Virus record (IMG/VR): IMGVR_UViG_3300045988_120569
DNA length: 35,916 nt
Strand: one strand, 5' to 3'
Source of the DNA: a virus
Below, piece after piece: positions 7,801 through 15,139 of the stretch. Position 1 is the stretch's first letter; the number at the start of each line of letters is the position of its first letter. A program made the position numbers and the translations under genes. The notes beneath the pieces are model-generated. The model had not been told where the DNA came from. It was given only the letters and a program-made list of their open reading frames with translations, and searched no databases.

Positions 7801-8046
7801 GACTCGGCATTGCCTGAGGATTCGCTAAAGATATACCTCGAGAACTCGGACTACTTTTTGGGTTATGTGAGAAGCGTACGTTTTAAACAGATTATTCACG
7901 GCATTAAGCAGGTGGTGGTGACGGGCGATGGACATACACGAGACAAAGAGCAGGTGTTGCAAGCGATGTGCTTTAACTATGAAAAGATTGTGGAAAGGTA
8001 TGGCATTGAACTTGAAGATCAACTGAGTGGTGGATTTACTGACTGA
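4876..8046 (+). CDS. DNA primase (CHC2 zinc finger + Toprim) fused to a P-loop NTPase/helicase domain
   Basis: CCPFHEEKTPSFHV...WHCFGGC zinc finger. Toprim motifs YLVEGAPDAMK and NDAD. Walker A GPKGSGKT and Walker B VHLDEY in the C-terminal half. Confidence 0.85.
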   Translation: MISQETIDQVLDRTNIEDVVRESGVTLTKAGKDLVACCPFHEEKTPSFHVSPGRQLWHCFGGCQEGGNAIKYVMKREGLTFVEAVKRLAARVGIEVEQDEPEDANTKQQRLKREAMMRLNERVAEFYGSLLHDGGNADAVTALNYAHLRFGKDYVTEAKMGYAPDKWDTLAEWARKNGESQELLIELGLLKRKEENGRVYDFMRGRLVIPIVDRRGNVVGFTARNLVDNVDAAKYVNSQESEVYHKGASVFGMNEAFAQARREERMYLVEGAPDAMKMHSVGINNVVATLGGNWTEEQFKLVRRAAANVCFINDADPVPVGKRYGTGIGYVLRNGELAMKLGLNVTVRELPCKEGNLKQDPGDFFESSARLAELKEEDFVTWAAQKIVDKDAPSDRLSAQFKQVATLASYVTDDTLLEMLLDGLNKVRRGKEFWRSLIQKVRWDREKTNKRENGEIDLREYGFYKEAGGYWGQTEKGSDIQWSNFTMRPVFHIKDADQPKRIFYIKNNKGAEDVVEMAIEDLVSLSKFRQRIESIGNYMWMAGDRELMKLKTYLYENTETSRLVKQLGWNQAGFYAFGNGVWMDGSFRKADDFGVCRLQSGENWYIPAASKLYREDRKKFERERKFIHQTLQNVPFRQYMKDFVMVYGNNGIVGLCYWVAALFRDVVTDSTRSFPLLNLFGPKGSGKTELGAALMAFFVSDNKAPNLRNSTATALNDDVAFASNALVHLDEYKNDIRPDKIEFLKGLYDGVGRVKMSGASFDARIMTSVKSGVIVSGQEMPTADPALFSRCLFLSFPRSEFTTEECRRFAALREVQKFGLSFLTIEVLKHRKHFAANFADNYALVRDEVNRMTDYARLDTRIVENWCKVAAAFKVLEAKLDFPFHYAEVLRLCVDGIKTQNDILNTGNELAMFWTAVAYLKNTGEVFATADYKISTQQTLRTTKQNYDFGAPRRVIYVNKSRLFSLYKRAALQTGDSALPEDSLKIYLENSDYFLGYVRSVRFKQIIHGIKQVVVTGDGHTRDKEQVLQAMCFNYEKIVERYGIELEDQLSGGFTD

Positions 8047-8126
8047 AAAGAAATGAGCGAACTGGCTGACGGCTTGGTTTGCTTATGCACAATAATTATC
8101 TAACATTTAAAAAAAACATCAAGACA

Positions 8127-8513
8127 ATGGAAAAGAATTTAGAAGCATTTGGTATTAGAGTTGCTGACGCGGATTTTAAAGATGAGCGTAAGGACGCTGT
8201 GGAAAGTTTAAAGGATTGGCAGAGTAAGGATAAAAGTAGCCGCTGTTTCTTTATGCTTGCTGCTGAACAAAGTGACAGTGACAAAGATAATGTTGATATT
8301 ACGCATGCACGCGGAAATACAAGTATAAGGAGACTTGCTGGATTGCTCACGGCTGCTGCATTTGCTGACGAGGTGGTTGCTGCTGCTTTATTTCGAGCTA
8401 ATGAAAATGTTTTGAATGCTATTAAAGAGGAATTTCCCGAAGAATTTAAGGGATCGGACTTTCGGAGAGCGCAAAGCATTATTAAGAAATTAAACGAAGA
8501 ACGCAATGAGTAG
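8127..8513 (+). CDS. Hypothetical acidic protein
   Basis: ORF-track frame 8079-8513. ATG 8127 follows an A-rich leader. Confidence 0.5.
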   Translation: MEKNLEAFGIRVADADFKDERKDAVESLKDWQSKDKSSRCFFMLAAEQSDSDKDNVDITHARGNTSIRRLAGLLTAAAFADEVVAAALFRANENVLNAIKEEFPEEFKGSDFRRAQSIIKKLNEERNE

Positions 8514-8560
8514 AAAATGAGTAGAAATTATGATTGAATTGGGTTGATTATTTGAGTGTA

Positions 8561-8597
8561 CCCCGTGCAGTCCGTGAGGATAGCACGGGGCTTTTTT
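8561..8597 (+). terminator. Rho-independent terminator ending the early/replication block
   Basis: CCCCGTGC / GCACGGGG stem followed by CTTTTTT. Confidence 0.8.
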
Positions 8598-8690
8598 GTA
8601 CCCCAACAAGTAATAAGGATGGGATATTTTTGAGGAAAAAGGGGAAGAAAGGCGAATTTTGTGCAACTTTCTCTCACGACCCCTTATTTC

Positions 8691-8882
8691 GTGACTACAT
8701 TGACTACATTTGACTACAATTTTATAATTATCTGATTATTAAGGAGTTACAAGAAACAAAAACGGGCAAAATCCTTACTACATTTGACTACAAGTGACTA
8801 CATTGTAGTAAAGGCTGACTACAATGTAGCAAGGTTGTAGTTGCGTAAGTTATTGATAATCAATGATGTAGTGTTGTAGTCA
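8691..8882. repeat. Iteron cluster: about 12 copies of TGACTACA in both orientations around an AT-rich core
   Basis: Direct copies at 8692, 8701, 8711, 8775 (TTACTACA), 8785, 8795 and 8816. Inverted TGTAGT(CA) copies at 8804, 8825, 8836, 8867 and 8875. AT-rich spacer 8719-8760. Confidence 0.8.
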
Positions 8883-8972
8883 ATGCGATAACGAAAAAAA
8901 AACTCATGTGTGCGCGAGAGAAGAATCTTTTTTTATTGCAGTAAGAAACATTCGCAAATGAATTAAAATCTG

Positions 8973-8980
8973 TATATTTG
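8973..8980 (+). promoter_or_regulatory. TAtaTTTG -7 box upstream of the packaging genes
   Basis: Perfect TAnnTTTG match 41 nt before ATG 9021. Confidence 0.4.
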
Positions 8981-9020
8981 TATAAGATCCTTTTCACTTT
9001 CTCTATAAACTTTCTGATAG

Positions 9021-9518
9021 ATGAAAGACATTACCGTGCTTCTGCATCTAAAACCTTATCTACGCCAATGGCTTGTTCACGCATTTGGAGAGCCAGTTCG
9101 TTTTCCTTCACAAAGTTGCGAAAACCATCTGTTGCACAAACTGCTGCAACGTACTCCTGACGATTGTGCAACACAACATGCACTAAAGATGAAGCCTGCA
9201 ACGTGTGTGGCTGTTGTTATAACCGACAATGCACACCGACGACCTGAATACTATCACCACCTTTCACGCAGGGGAAATGCTAAAATGGCTGGAGCCATCG
9301 AAACGTTATTCCGTATACACATTTGGAGCGACCTTGCTCCTATGATTCATGCTAACGAACCTCTTAATAATGCCATTGACCAATGGTGTCAAAAACATGG
9401 CATTGACAATGACTTTCGTGAAGGGGTGCGACAGAAGTTTTACAGAATGCGACGCTCGTATGAAGACTTTGGCATAATTTTGGGTAAAAAACACTGCCAC
9501 AAGCGTGGTAAAAAATGA
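9021..9518 (+). CDS. Hypothetical protein directly upstream of terL (small-terminase position, not recognised by sequence)
   Basis: 165-aa ORF with a basic C-terminus. The suggestion rests on position only. Confidence 0.5.
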   Translation: MKDITVLLHLKPYLRQWLVHAFGEPVRFPSQSCENHLLHKLLQRTPDDCATQHALKMKPATCVAVVITDNAHRRPEYYHHLSRRGNAKMAGAIETLFRIHIWSDLAPMIHANEPLNNAIDQWCQKHGIDNDFREGVRQKFYRMRRSYEDFGIILGKKHCHKRGKK

Positions 9519-9539
9519 ACAGACTAAACGAGATAAACT

Positions 9540-11144
9540 ATGGAGGTATTTTTTAACCGCATGCAGCGCGAAGTGTGTGCCATAGATGCACATACTAACG
9601 TGATAGTAGCAGGACGTGGTACGGGTAAGAGTGTGCTGCATGCGTGGATTAACTTGCGCAACTTTCAACAAATGCCACGCAGTACAACCGCATTTGTAAC
9701 TCCTACTGCCATACGTGCTAAAACTAATACACTACCCTCAATGTTTCAACATTGGGAGGATTGGGGATACCATCGTGGGGTGCATTGGGACATCGGACAC
9801 AGACCATCTCGTGCACTTGGTTGGCCCGACCCTATTGTTGTGCCTGATAATTGGGAAAACGTGATATCGTTTTACACGGGAGCTATAGGACAAATTATCA
9901 GTCAAGACCGCGTAGGTACGAGTAATTCAAAGAGTTTTGACTTTATAGACATTGACGAGGCGAAATTTGTGAACTTTGAACGATTAAAGGATGAAACATT
10001 TCCTGCTAACCGTGGACAGCAAAGAGAATTTGGGGATTTGCCTTTTCATCATGGCATGCTCATTACAAGTGATATGCCCGTGACTAAAACAGGTTCTTGG
10101 TTTATGCGCTACGAAAAAGACCTTGACACTGAACTCATTGAAACCATTGAAGCCCTAACAGCCGAAGAACTCTCAGTGGGTTGGCGAATTAAGCAAGGAG
10201 ATTCAACTCCTTACTTACCACGCAAACTCGCAGAAGTGCAACGTGTGCTTAGTAACTTGCGCAAACATGCCACATTGTTTAGACGATACTCATCACTCAC
10301 AAACATTGAAGTTCTTGGAGAAGCTTGGATTCGACAAATGCGACGCGACTTGCCACCTATGGTTTTCCGCACGAGCATTCTGTGTCAGCCCGTGAGTATA
10401 CTGAAAGATGGCTTCTACTCGTCGATGCAACCGCGCAACAAGTACACCGCCACCGACCATAGCAAACTCGATGCCCTAGGCTACGACTTTAAAGCCATAG
10501 GCACAGCTGCCAACACCTGCAGGCTCGACTCCGACCTTATGGCCACTCACCCCCTCATCATAGCCTTCGACTTTAATGCCAACATCAACTGGCTTGTGTG
10601 CGGACAGGTAGACGAGGACCGACGAAGGCTCAATGTGGTGAAGAGCTTCTACGTGAAGTACGACCGCAAGTTGCCTGAACTCGTGGCAGACTTTTGCCAA
10701 TATTACGCACCCTTCCCACTGCACGAAGTGGTGTTTTATTACGATTCAACGGCTTTAGGGTCGAACTATGCGGTGAACGATCAAGACTTTCAGTGGGTGA
10801 TTACGCATGAGTTGCAAAAGCACGGATGGCGTGTGCGCCCTGTGTATATAGGTGCCCCTATGCGCCACATGGAGAAGTACACACTCATTAACCGAGGCTT
10901 TGCAGGTCAAGCCCGATTGGTGCCCTACTTTAACGAGGCGCAGAACCAAGACCTATTGGTGTCGGTTCAAACCGCAGGCGTGTATAATGGCAAGAAGGAT
11001 AAGCGAGGCGAGAAGTTGGCAGAGACCGAGGAGGACAAACTTGAGAGTCGTACGGATGGTAGCGATGCCTTCGATACCCTTTACATCGGTTGCGAGCGAT
11101 TCCCGCAACAAGTTTTTGTGTTACGAGTGACAGGCGGTGGATAA
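9540..11144 (+). CDS. terL: Terminase large subunit
   Basis: Walker A VAGRGTGKS, Walker B FDFIDIDEA. Size and a C-terminal nuclease-like half are typical of TerL. Confidence 0.85.
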   Translation: MEVFFNRMQREVCAIDAHTNVIVAGRGTGKSVLHAWINLRNFQQMPRSTTAFVTPTAIRAKTNTLPSMFQHWEDWGYHRGVHWDIGHRPSRALGWPDPIVVPDNWENVISFYTGAIGQIISQDRVGTSNSKSFDFIDIDEAKFVNFERLKDETFPANRGQQREFGDLPFHHGMLITSDMPVTKTGSWFMRYEKDLDTELIETIEALTAEELSVGWRIKQGDSTPYLPRKLAEVQRVLSNLRKHATLFRRYSSLTNIEVLGEAWIRQMRRDLPPMVFRTSILCQPVSILKDGFYSSMQPRNKYTATDHSKLDALGYDFKAIGTAANTCRLDSDLMATHPLIIAFDFNANINWLVCGQVDEDRRRLNVVKSFYVKYDRKLPELVADFCQYYAPFPLHEVVFYYDSTALGSNYAVNDQDFQWVITHELQKHGWRVRPVYIGAPMRHMEKYTLINRGFAGQARLVPYFNEAQNQDLLVSVQTAGVYNGKKDKRGEKLAETEEDKLESRTDGSDAFDTLYIGCERFPQQVFVLRVTGGG

Positions 11145-11176
11145 CAGAGGTAGTGCATATTCCGCTAAAAAAAAGA

Positions 11177-11196
11177 GGGGGTGGCCCCCCGGGGGG
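11177..11196. repeat. G5-TGG-C6-G6 homopolymer palindrome
   Basis: GGGGGTGGCCCCCCGGGGGG read directly. C6G6 is self-complementary. Confidence 0.7.
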
Positions 11197-11320
11197 TGCA
11201 GGGCGTTGGTGGGTGGGAAAGGTGTGACACCGCACATTTTTAGCCTTCGGCTCCTGCCGAGATGCGTAAAAATGGGAAGAGTGAAGAAACTTAGAGCGGA
11301 AAAACTGAAGTAAGGTTTTG

Positions 11321-11441
11321 GGGCGGTATTTGGGCGGTATTTGAGTGGTATCGGGATGGTATTGAGGTGGCATTGGGGTGACATTGGGGTGGTATCGGGG
11401 TGACATCGGGGTGGTATCGGGGTGGTTTAGGGATGGTTAAA
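11321..11441. repeat. Eleven tandem copies of an 11-bp G-rich unit (consensus GGGTGGTATYG)
   Basis: Units begin at 11321, 11332, 11343, 11354, 11365, 11376, 11387, 11398, 11409, 11420 and 11431. Confidence 0.85.
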
Positions 11442-11520
11442 AAAATGGGGAATGATGTGCGGTTTTGATGCCTTTTGGCTGAGAATTGAGTTTTTTTGTG
11501 GTGTGTTTTATGTGTGTGCA

Positions 11521-11559
11521 AGGTGTGTTTGAAAGGTGTGTTTGAAAGGTGTGTTTGCG
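11521..11559. repeat. Three tandem 13-bp repeats AGGTGTGTTTGAA upstream of the head operon
   Basis: 11521-11533, 11534-11546 and 11547-11559 (the last ends GCG). A related GGTGTGTTTTA lies at about 11500. Confidence 0.8.
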
Positions 11560-11639
11560 TGTCTTTTTATTTTTTTAGTTAAAGGTGTATCTTCGCCCTT
11601 GCAACATGCTACGTGGGGTGTTGTTACGAAAAAGAAGAT

Positions 11640-12731
11640 ATGGCACGAAATTATAACATTGAAATTGACTCTTACATTGGGTATCCTATTTCGAAGGGGT
11701 ATGTGAAGAGTAAGCTTGAGCCGTTGAAGGGGAAGCCTTGCACGGTGCGCATTAACTCGTATGGGGGCGATGTGATGACGGCACTTGATATTCGCCAACA
11801 ATTTTTGGACCATGGGGATGTGACGGTTTACATTGTGGGCATGACAGCGAGTGCAGCAACGATTCTCGCCATGGGCGCTAAGAAGGTGGTGATGAGCCGT
11901 TATGCACTGATGCTTGTTCACCAGGCTTCGGGCTTTAGTGAGACTTGGGGGTATTACAACAAGGAGCAACTTGAAGGCAAGATTGCAGAACTTAGAAAGA
12001 GCCAGGCTAAGCTTGACACGATTGACCGCGTGATTGCTTCGATTTATGCGGTGCGAAGTAAACGCGAAGCTAAGGACATGGCTGCGCTGATGAGCGAAGA
12101 ACGATGGATCACTGCTGAAGAGGCTTTGAAGTATGGGTTGATTGATGAGATTGACCCCGACGAAGAAGAACAGCAACCCAAGAACCTGAGTGCTTCGGAT
12201 CGCGAACTTTTTGTGGCTTGTGGTTTGCCTTTGCCACAAATTGGTGGGGGATTGTCTACTCCAGGTGGTAATGGTGCGCATGGTGGTAATGGTGCGCCTA
12301 ATGGCTTAAGCTCAGGTATGGGAGATTCGGCATTGGAGAAGGTGGTGAGCTTTTTGCGCTCGCTCTTTGGTAGTGTTGCTAATGACAGTGAGGTTGCGAC
12401 CCCGAAAAATAACTTAAACAACGAGAACGAAATGAACAAGAAGACAACAACGATTGCGCTTGCTTTGCTTTGCGCTACTCTTGGTGTGGAAAACTTAACA
12501 GCTGCTGAAGATGGCAGTGTTACTCTTAGTAAGGAACAACTTGAGGCAGTAGAGGGTGCTCTTGCCTCATTTAAGAGCGAGAAGGAAGCAGCCGAAGCCA
12601 AGGTGAAGGAACTTGGCGGTATGGATGGCGACACTACAGGTAAGGCATCACCTACTGCTGACACAGAGGAAATGAACCTTGCAGGTGCGGAAGCCGTGAA
12701 CTTCTACCAGAAGTTTAAAGATGTGATTTAG
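11640..12731 (+). CDS. ClpP/S14-family prohead protease with a C-terminal coiled-coil (scaffold-like) extension
   Basis: INSYGGDV...GMTASAATILAMGA...MLVHQASG (Ser/His motifs). The C-terminal Gly-rich linker then KEQLEAVEGALASFKSEKEAAEAKVKEL. The track start at 11613 is GTG; the ATG is at 11640. Confidence 0.8.
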   Translation: MARNYNIEIDSYIGYPISKGYVKSKLEPLKGKPCTVRINSYGGDVMTALDIRQQFLDHGDVTVYIVGMTASAATILAMGAKKVVMSRYALMLVHQASGFSETWGYYNKEQLEGKIAELRKSQAKLDTIDRVIASIYAVRSKREAKDMAALMSEERWITAEEALKYGLIDEIDPDEEEQQPKNLSASDRELFVACGLPLPQIGGGLSTPGGNGAHGGNGAPNGLSSGMGDSALEKVVSFLRSLFGSVANDSEVATPKNNLNNENEMNKKTTTIALALLCATLGVENLTAAEDGSVTLSKEQLEAVEGALASFKSEKEAAEAKVKELGGMDGDTTGKASPTADTEEMNLAGAEAVNFYQKFKDVI

Positions 12732-12807
12732 GCGTTGCGACGACATTTGTTGACGCTGTGAGGATAAGAAAGAAAACGGGAAGAAAAGAATATTTATAGA
12801 TAACGAC

Positions 12808-13782
12808 ATGGCAAATACGATTACTACTATTGGCGCATTACAGAAGAGCGCCACTAAGTATGAGAAAGACCTTTTGATTATGCCTGTAACCGCTGCTCAG
12901 GCAACTTTGCAGCACATGCAAGGCATTCCAGGGTTGAAGGGAAATCATGTGTTCGGTCAACTTGATGGCGATGCAGAACTTGGTCCTTACAAGAATACGC
13001 GTAAGGCAGATGGCGACTTTAAGATTGCTCCTCGCGAGCTTGAGTTGTTCTTGGGCAACTGCGCTTATGGTTTTGACCCCAACGAGGTGTGGGGAACAAT
13101 TTATGGTTCGCTTGTGACTCAAGGCGAAGGCTTGAAGGGAGTTGATGTAAACAAGAGTATCTTGATGCTTGTAGCGGGCAAATTGGGCCGTAAACTCAAT
13201 ATGGCTATTTGGAACGCTAAGCGCGATGCCGATGGCGACTCTACGAAAGACCTCTTTAATGGCTTCGACACCATTACCGACACTGAGAAGATCGCGGGTA
13301 AACTTGCGGTTGCTAAGGGCAACTATATGGAACTTGCCGAAGCTATTACCAGTGCAAACGCAGTGGACACTTTCAACTCAATCTTTGATGCTGCCAGTGA
13401 TGAGTTGAAGGAACAGCATGTGAAGATTTATTGCTCGAAAGAGTTGTACACGGCTTATAACCGCAACTACCAGATGTTGCATGGTGCTTTGCCCTATAAC
13501 AAGGAGTTTAAGAAGACCTTCCTTGATGGTAGCGATAACCTTTGGGAATTCTGCCCATTGGCTTCGAAGAAAGGTTCATCTTACATTCACGTTGCACCGC
13601 AGAGCAATATGGTATACGGCTATGGCGCAGGTGAGAATCCTGCTGAGAAGTTGGCGATCGAGAAGTATGACTCTTGGAAACTGACGCTTGAAGCTGCAAT
13701 GGCATTTGGCGTACAGTTTAAGACCCTTAGCTCTGAAATGCTGATGGTGGCAAAACTGAAGGCTGCTACTGCATCTGTGTGA
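12808..13782 (+). CDS. Major capsid protein candidate
   Basis: 324 aa, immediately after the protease/scaffold gene. Position and size only; no motif recognised. Confidence 0.55.
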   Translation: MANTITTIGALQKSATKYEKDLLIMPVTAAQATLQHMQGIPGLKGNHVFGQLDGDAELGPYKNTRKADGDFKIAPRELELFLGNCAYGFDPNEVWGTIYGSLVTQGEGLKGVDVNKSILMLVAGKLGRKLNMAIWNAKRDADGDSTKDLFNGFDTITDTEKIAGKLAVAKGNYMELAEAITSANAVDTFNSIFDAASDELKEQHVKIYCSKELYTAYNRNYQMLHGALPYNKEFKKTFLDGSDNLWEFCPLASKKGSSYIHVAPQSNMVYGYGAGENPAEKLAIEKYDSWKLTLEAAMAFGVQFKTLSSEMLMVAKLKAATASV

Positions 13783-13790
13783 GCGTAGAT

Positions 13791-13873
13791 GCGCGAACTC
13801 GCGGGTTAGCGCTTGAGAGTGAGGCTTGAGGCAATGGACTTGAGGGCGCGACCGCGCGGGTTAGTGCGTGAGA
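13791..13873. repeat. Intergenic repeat element (degenerate copy pair with the GCGCGACCGCGCG box)
   Basis: GCGCGAACTCGCGGGTTAGCGCTTGAG (13791-) and GCGCGACCGCGCGGGTTAGTGCGTGAG (13846-) are direct repeats. CTTGAGG recurs between them. Confidence 0.7.
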
Positions 13874-13921
13874 AAAGATAGAGAGAAGATAAGAACGATA
13901 ACTATAAAAAAAATAATTGAT

Positions 13922-14524
13922 ATGGCAGATAATGCTGGTACTGCAGGCGCACAATGCGCTGCAGGCGCTCCTTATGATAGCTTGCGCTTTTGCCAAGGAC
14001 AACGTGTGATTCCTGGTATTAAGAATAAGTCTTACTATATTGCTAAGCGCGATATTGTGAAATGGCCTACCCTACCCGACCCTTCGGCTACAGGAACTAC
14101 GCTGAAGACGGCTGCGGTGTATGCAGGCGACTTTACGCTTGCTGCTGACAAGAAGTGGAAGAGCATAGACTTGGCTCTGAACAAAGGCAACTTGGAGTGG
14201 GAAACACAAGGTGAGCACCCATCGTGCACGGTTCTTAACAAGGTCACGCTTTCGTACCCAGGCACCACTGCAGAGGCTGCAGCCTTCTGTGGCATGGCAA
14301 TGAACGACGATTTGGTGTACTTGGTGCAGCAACGTGATGGTCAGTACCGCGTGTTGGGTAATGACATGTTTAACACCGTGACGAAACCCAAGGGTAGTAC
14401 GGGTGAAGGTGCAAGCACGAATGGTGGTACCGACTTGGAGATTGAGGTAACCGACCTCTACCCTGCTCCCTTCTATAGTGGTAAGATTGAGACGGATGAT
14501 GGTACCATTAACGAGACCATGTAA
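13922..14524 (+). CDS. Hypothetical virion protein
   Basis: ORF-track frame 13868-14524. The GTG start lies inside the repeat element, so ATG 13922 after an A-rich leader is preferred. TAATG overlap with the next gene. Confidence 0.55.
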   Translation: MADNAGTAGAQCAAGAPYDSLRFCQGQRVIPGIKNKSYYIAKRDIVKWPTLPDPSATGTTLKTAAVYAGDFTLAADKKWKSIDLALNKGNLEWETQGEHPSCTVLNKVTLSYPGTTAEAAAFCGMAMNDDLVYLVQQRDGQYRVLGNDMFNTVTKPKGSTGEGASTNGGTDLEIEVTDLYPAPFYSGKIETDDGTINETM

Positions 14525-15057
14525 TGATTGATAAGATTAAAGCTTATTTAGATACTCCCGCTGCCGAACGCGATGTGGCGGCGGGAGCATTGCTTTTGCT
14601 GCAGTTGAACCGCAACCGCATTCTTTATAATGGCGCTTGTATTGCTCCGCAACGTTATGCTCCTGTGATAGAGCATGAGTTGAAGAAACATTTGCGCATT
14701 TTGCTTGATGGGCTGACGGCTCAGGGCATTGTGGAGATGGAGCATGAAGTTGTGCCTGTGGCAGAAGAGAGTTTGGAAGAAGGTGCTCCTGTTGTGAGCA
14801 CAGATGTTGATCACCCTGAAGGAACCCACCGAGGCCGTAGAACCGACCATGAGAGTTTGCCAGCCGAGATCCAAGCGTTGTATGAGAAGAATGGGGAGAT
14901 TTACTTTAAGATGAAACAGACGTTTGAGACGCTGAAGACGCTTGAAGAGGCTGCTCCTTGTGACCGCTATGAACACTTGAAGGTGCTTAAGAGCTTAGAT
15001 GACCAGTATCGGAAGAACTGGAAGAAGTATGATGGGTTTGAGAGAAAGGAGAGCTAG
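14524..15057 (+). CDS. Hypothetical virion-module protein
   Basis: 177-aa ORF, translationally coupled. It ends in the first TAG of a TAG ladder. Confidence 0.55.
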   Translation: MIDKIKAYLDTPAAERDVAAGALLLLQLNRNRILYNGACIAPQRYAPVIEHELKKHLRILLDGLTAQGIVEMEHEVVPVAEESLEEGAPVVSTDVDHPEGTHRGRRTDHESLPAEIQALYEKNGEIYFKMKQTFETLKTLEEAAPCDRYEHLKVLKSLDDQYRKNWKKYDGFERKES

Positions 15058-15115
15058 AGGGGCTAGAGAGGCTAGAGGAGCTAGAGAGACTATGTGGGCT
15101 GGAAGGGCTGGAGGC
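15053..15115. repeat. 9-bp tandem array GCTAGAGGG/GCTAGAGAG/... (7 units)
   Basis: TAG at 15055, 15064, 15073 and 15082, all in the frame of the upstream gene. The units decay to GCTGGAAGG and GCTGGAGGC. Confidence 0.85.
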
Positions 15116-15139
15116 TTTTAAAAAAAAGAAGGAGGAAGA

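Noticed and set aside
8978-9160. Alternative-frame + strand ORFs nested in real genes (8978-9160, 10852-11130, 13226-13408, 13481-13684, 15153-15368, 17325-17639, 21862-22125, 23985-24206, 24663-24929, 32238-32498, 6599-6796)
   Set aside because: Each lies entirely within a longer, motif-supported or better-contextualised ORF in another frame. None has an independent start context or recognisable features.
11321-11441. CRISPR array interpretation of the 11-bp array and of the 9-bp CTAGAGG arrays
   Set aside because: The units are contiguous with no spacers and far shorter than CRISPR repeats (typically 24-40 bp). No cas genes or leader are present.
10930-11521. Three overlapping minus-strand ORFs with proline/histidine repeats (PPQYHP, PRYHPDVTP) across the terL-protease spacer
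   Set aside because: The periodic peptide is simply the translation of the 11-bp tandem DNA array in three phases. There is no start context and all three frames are equally open.
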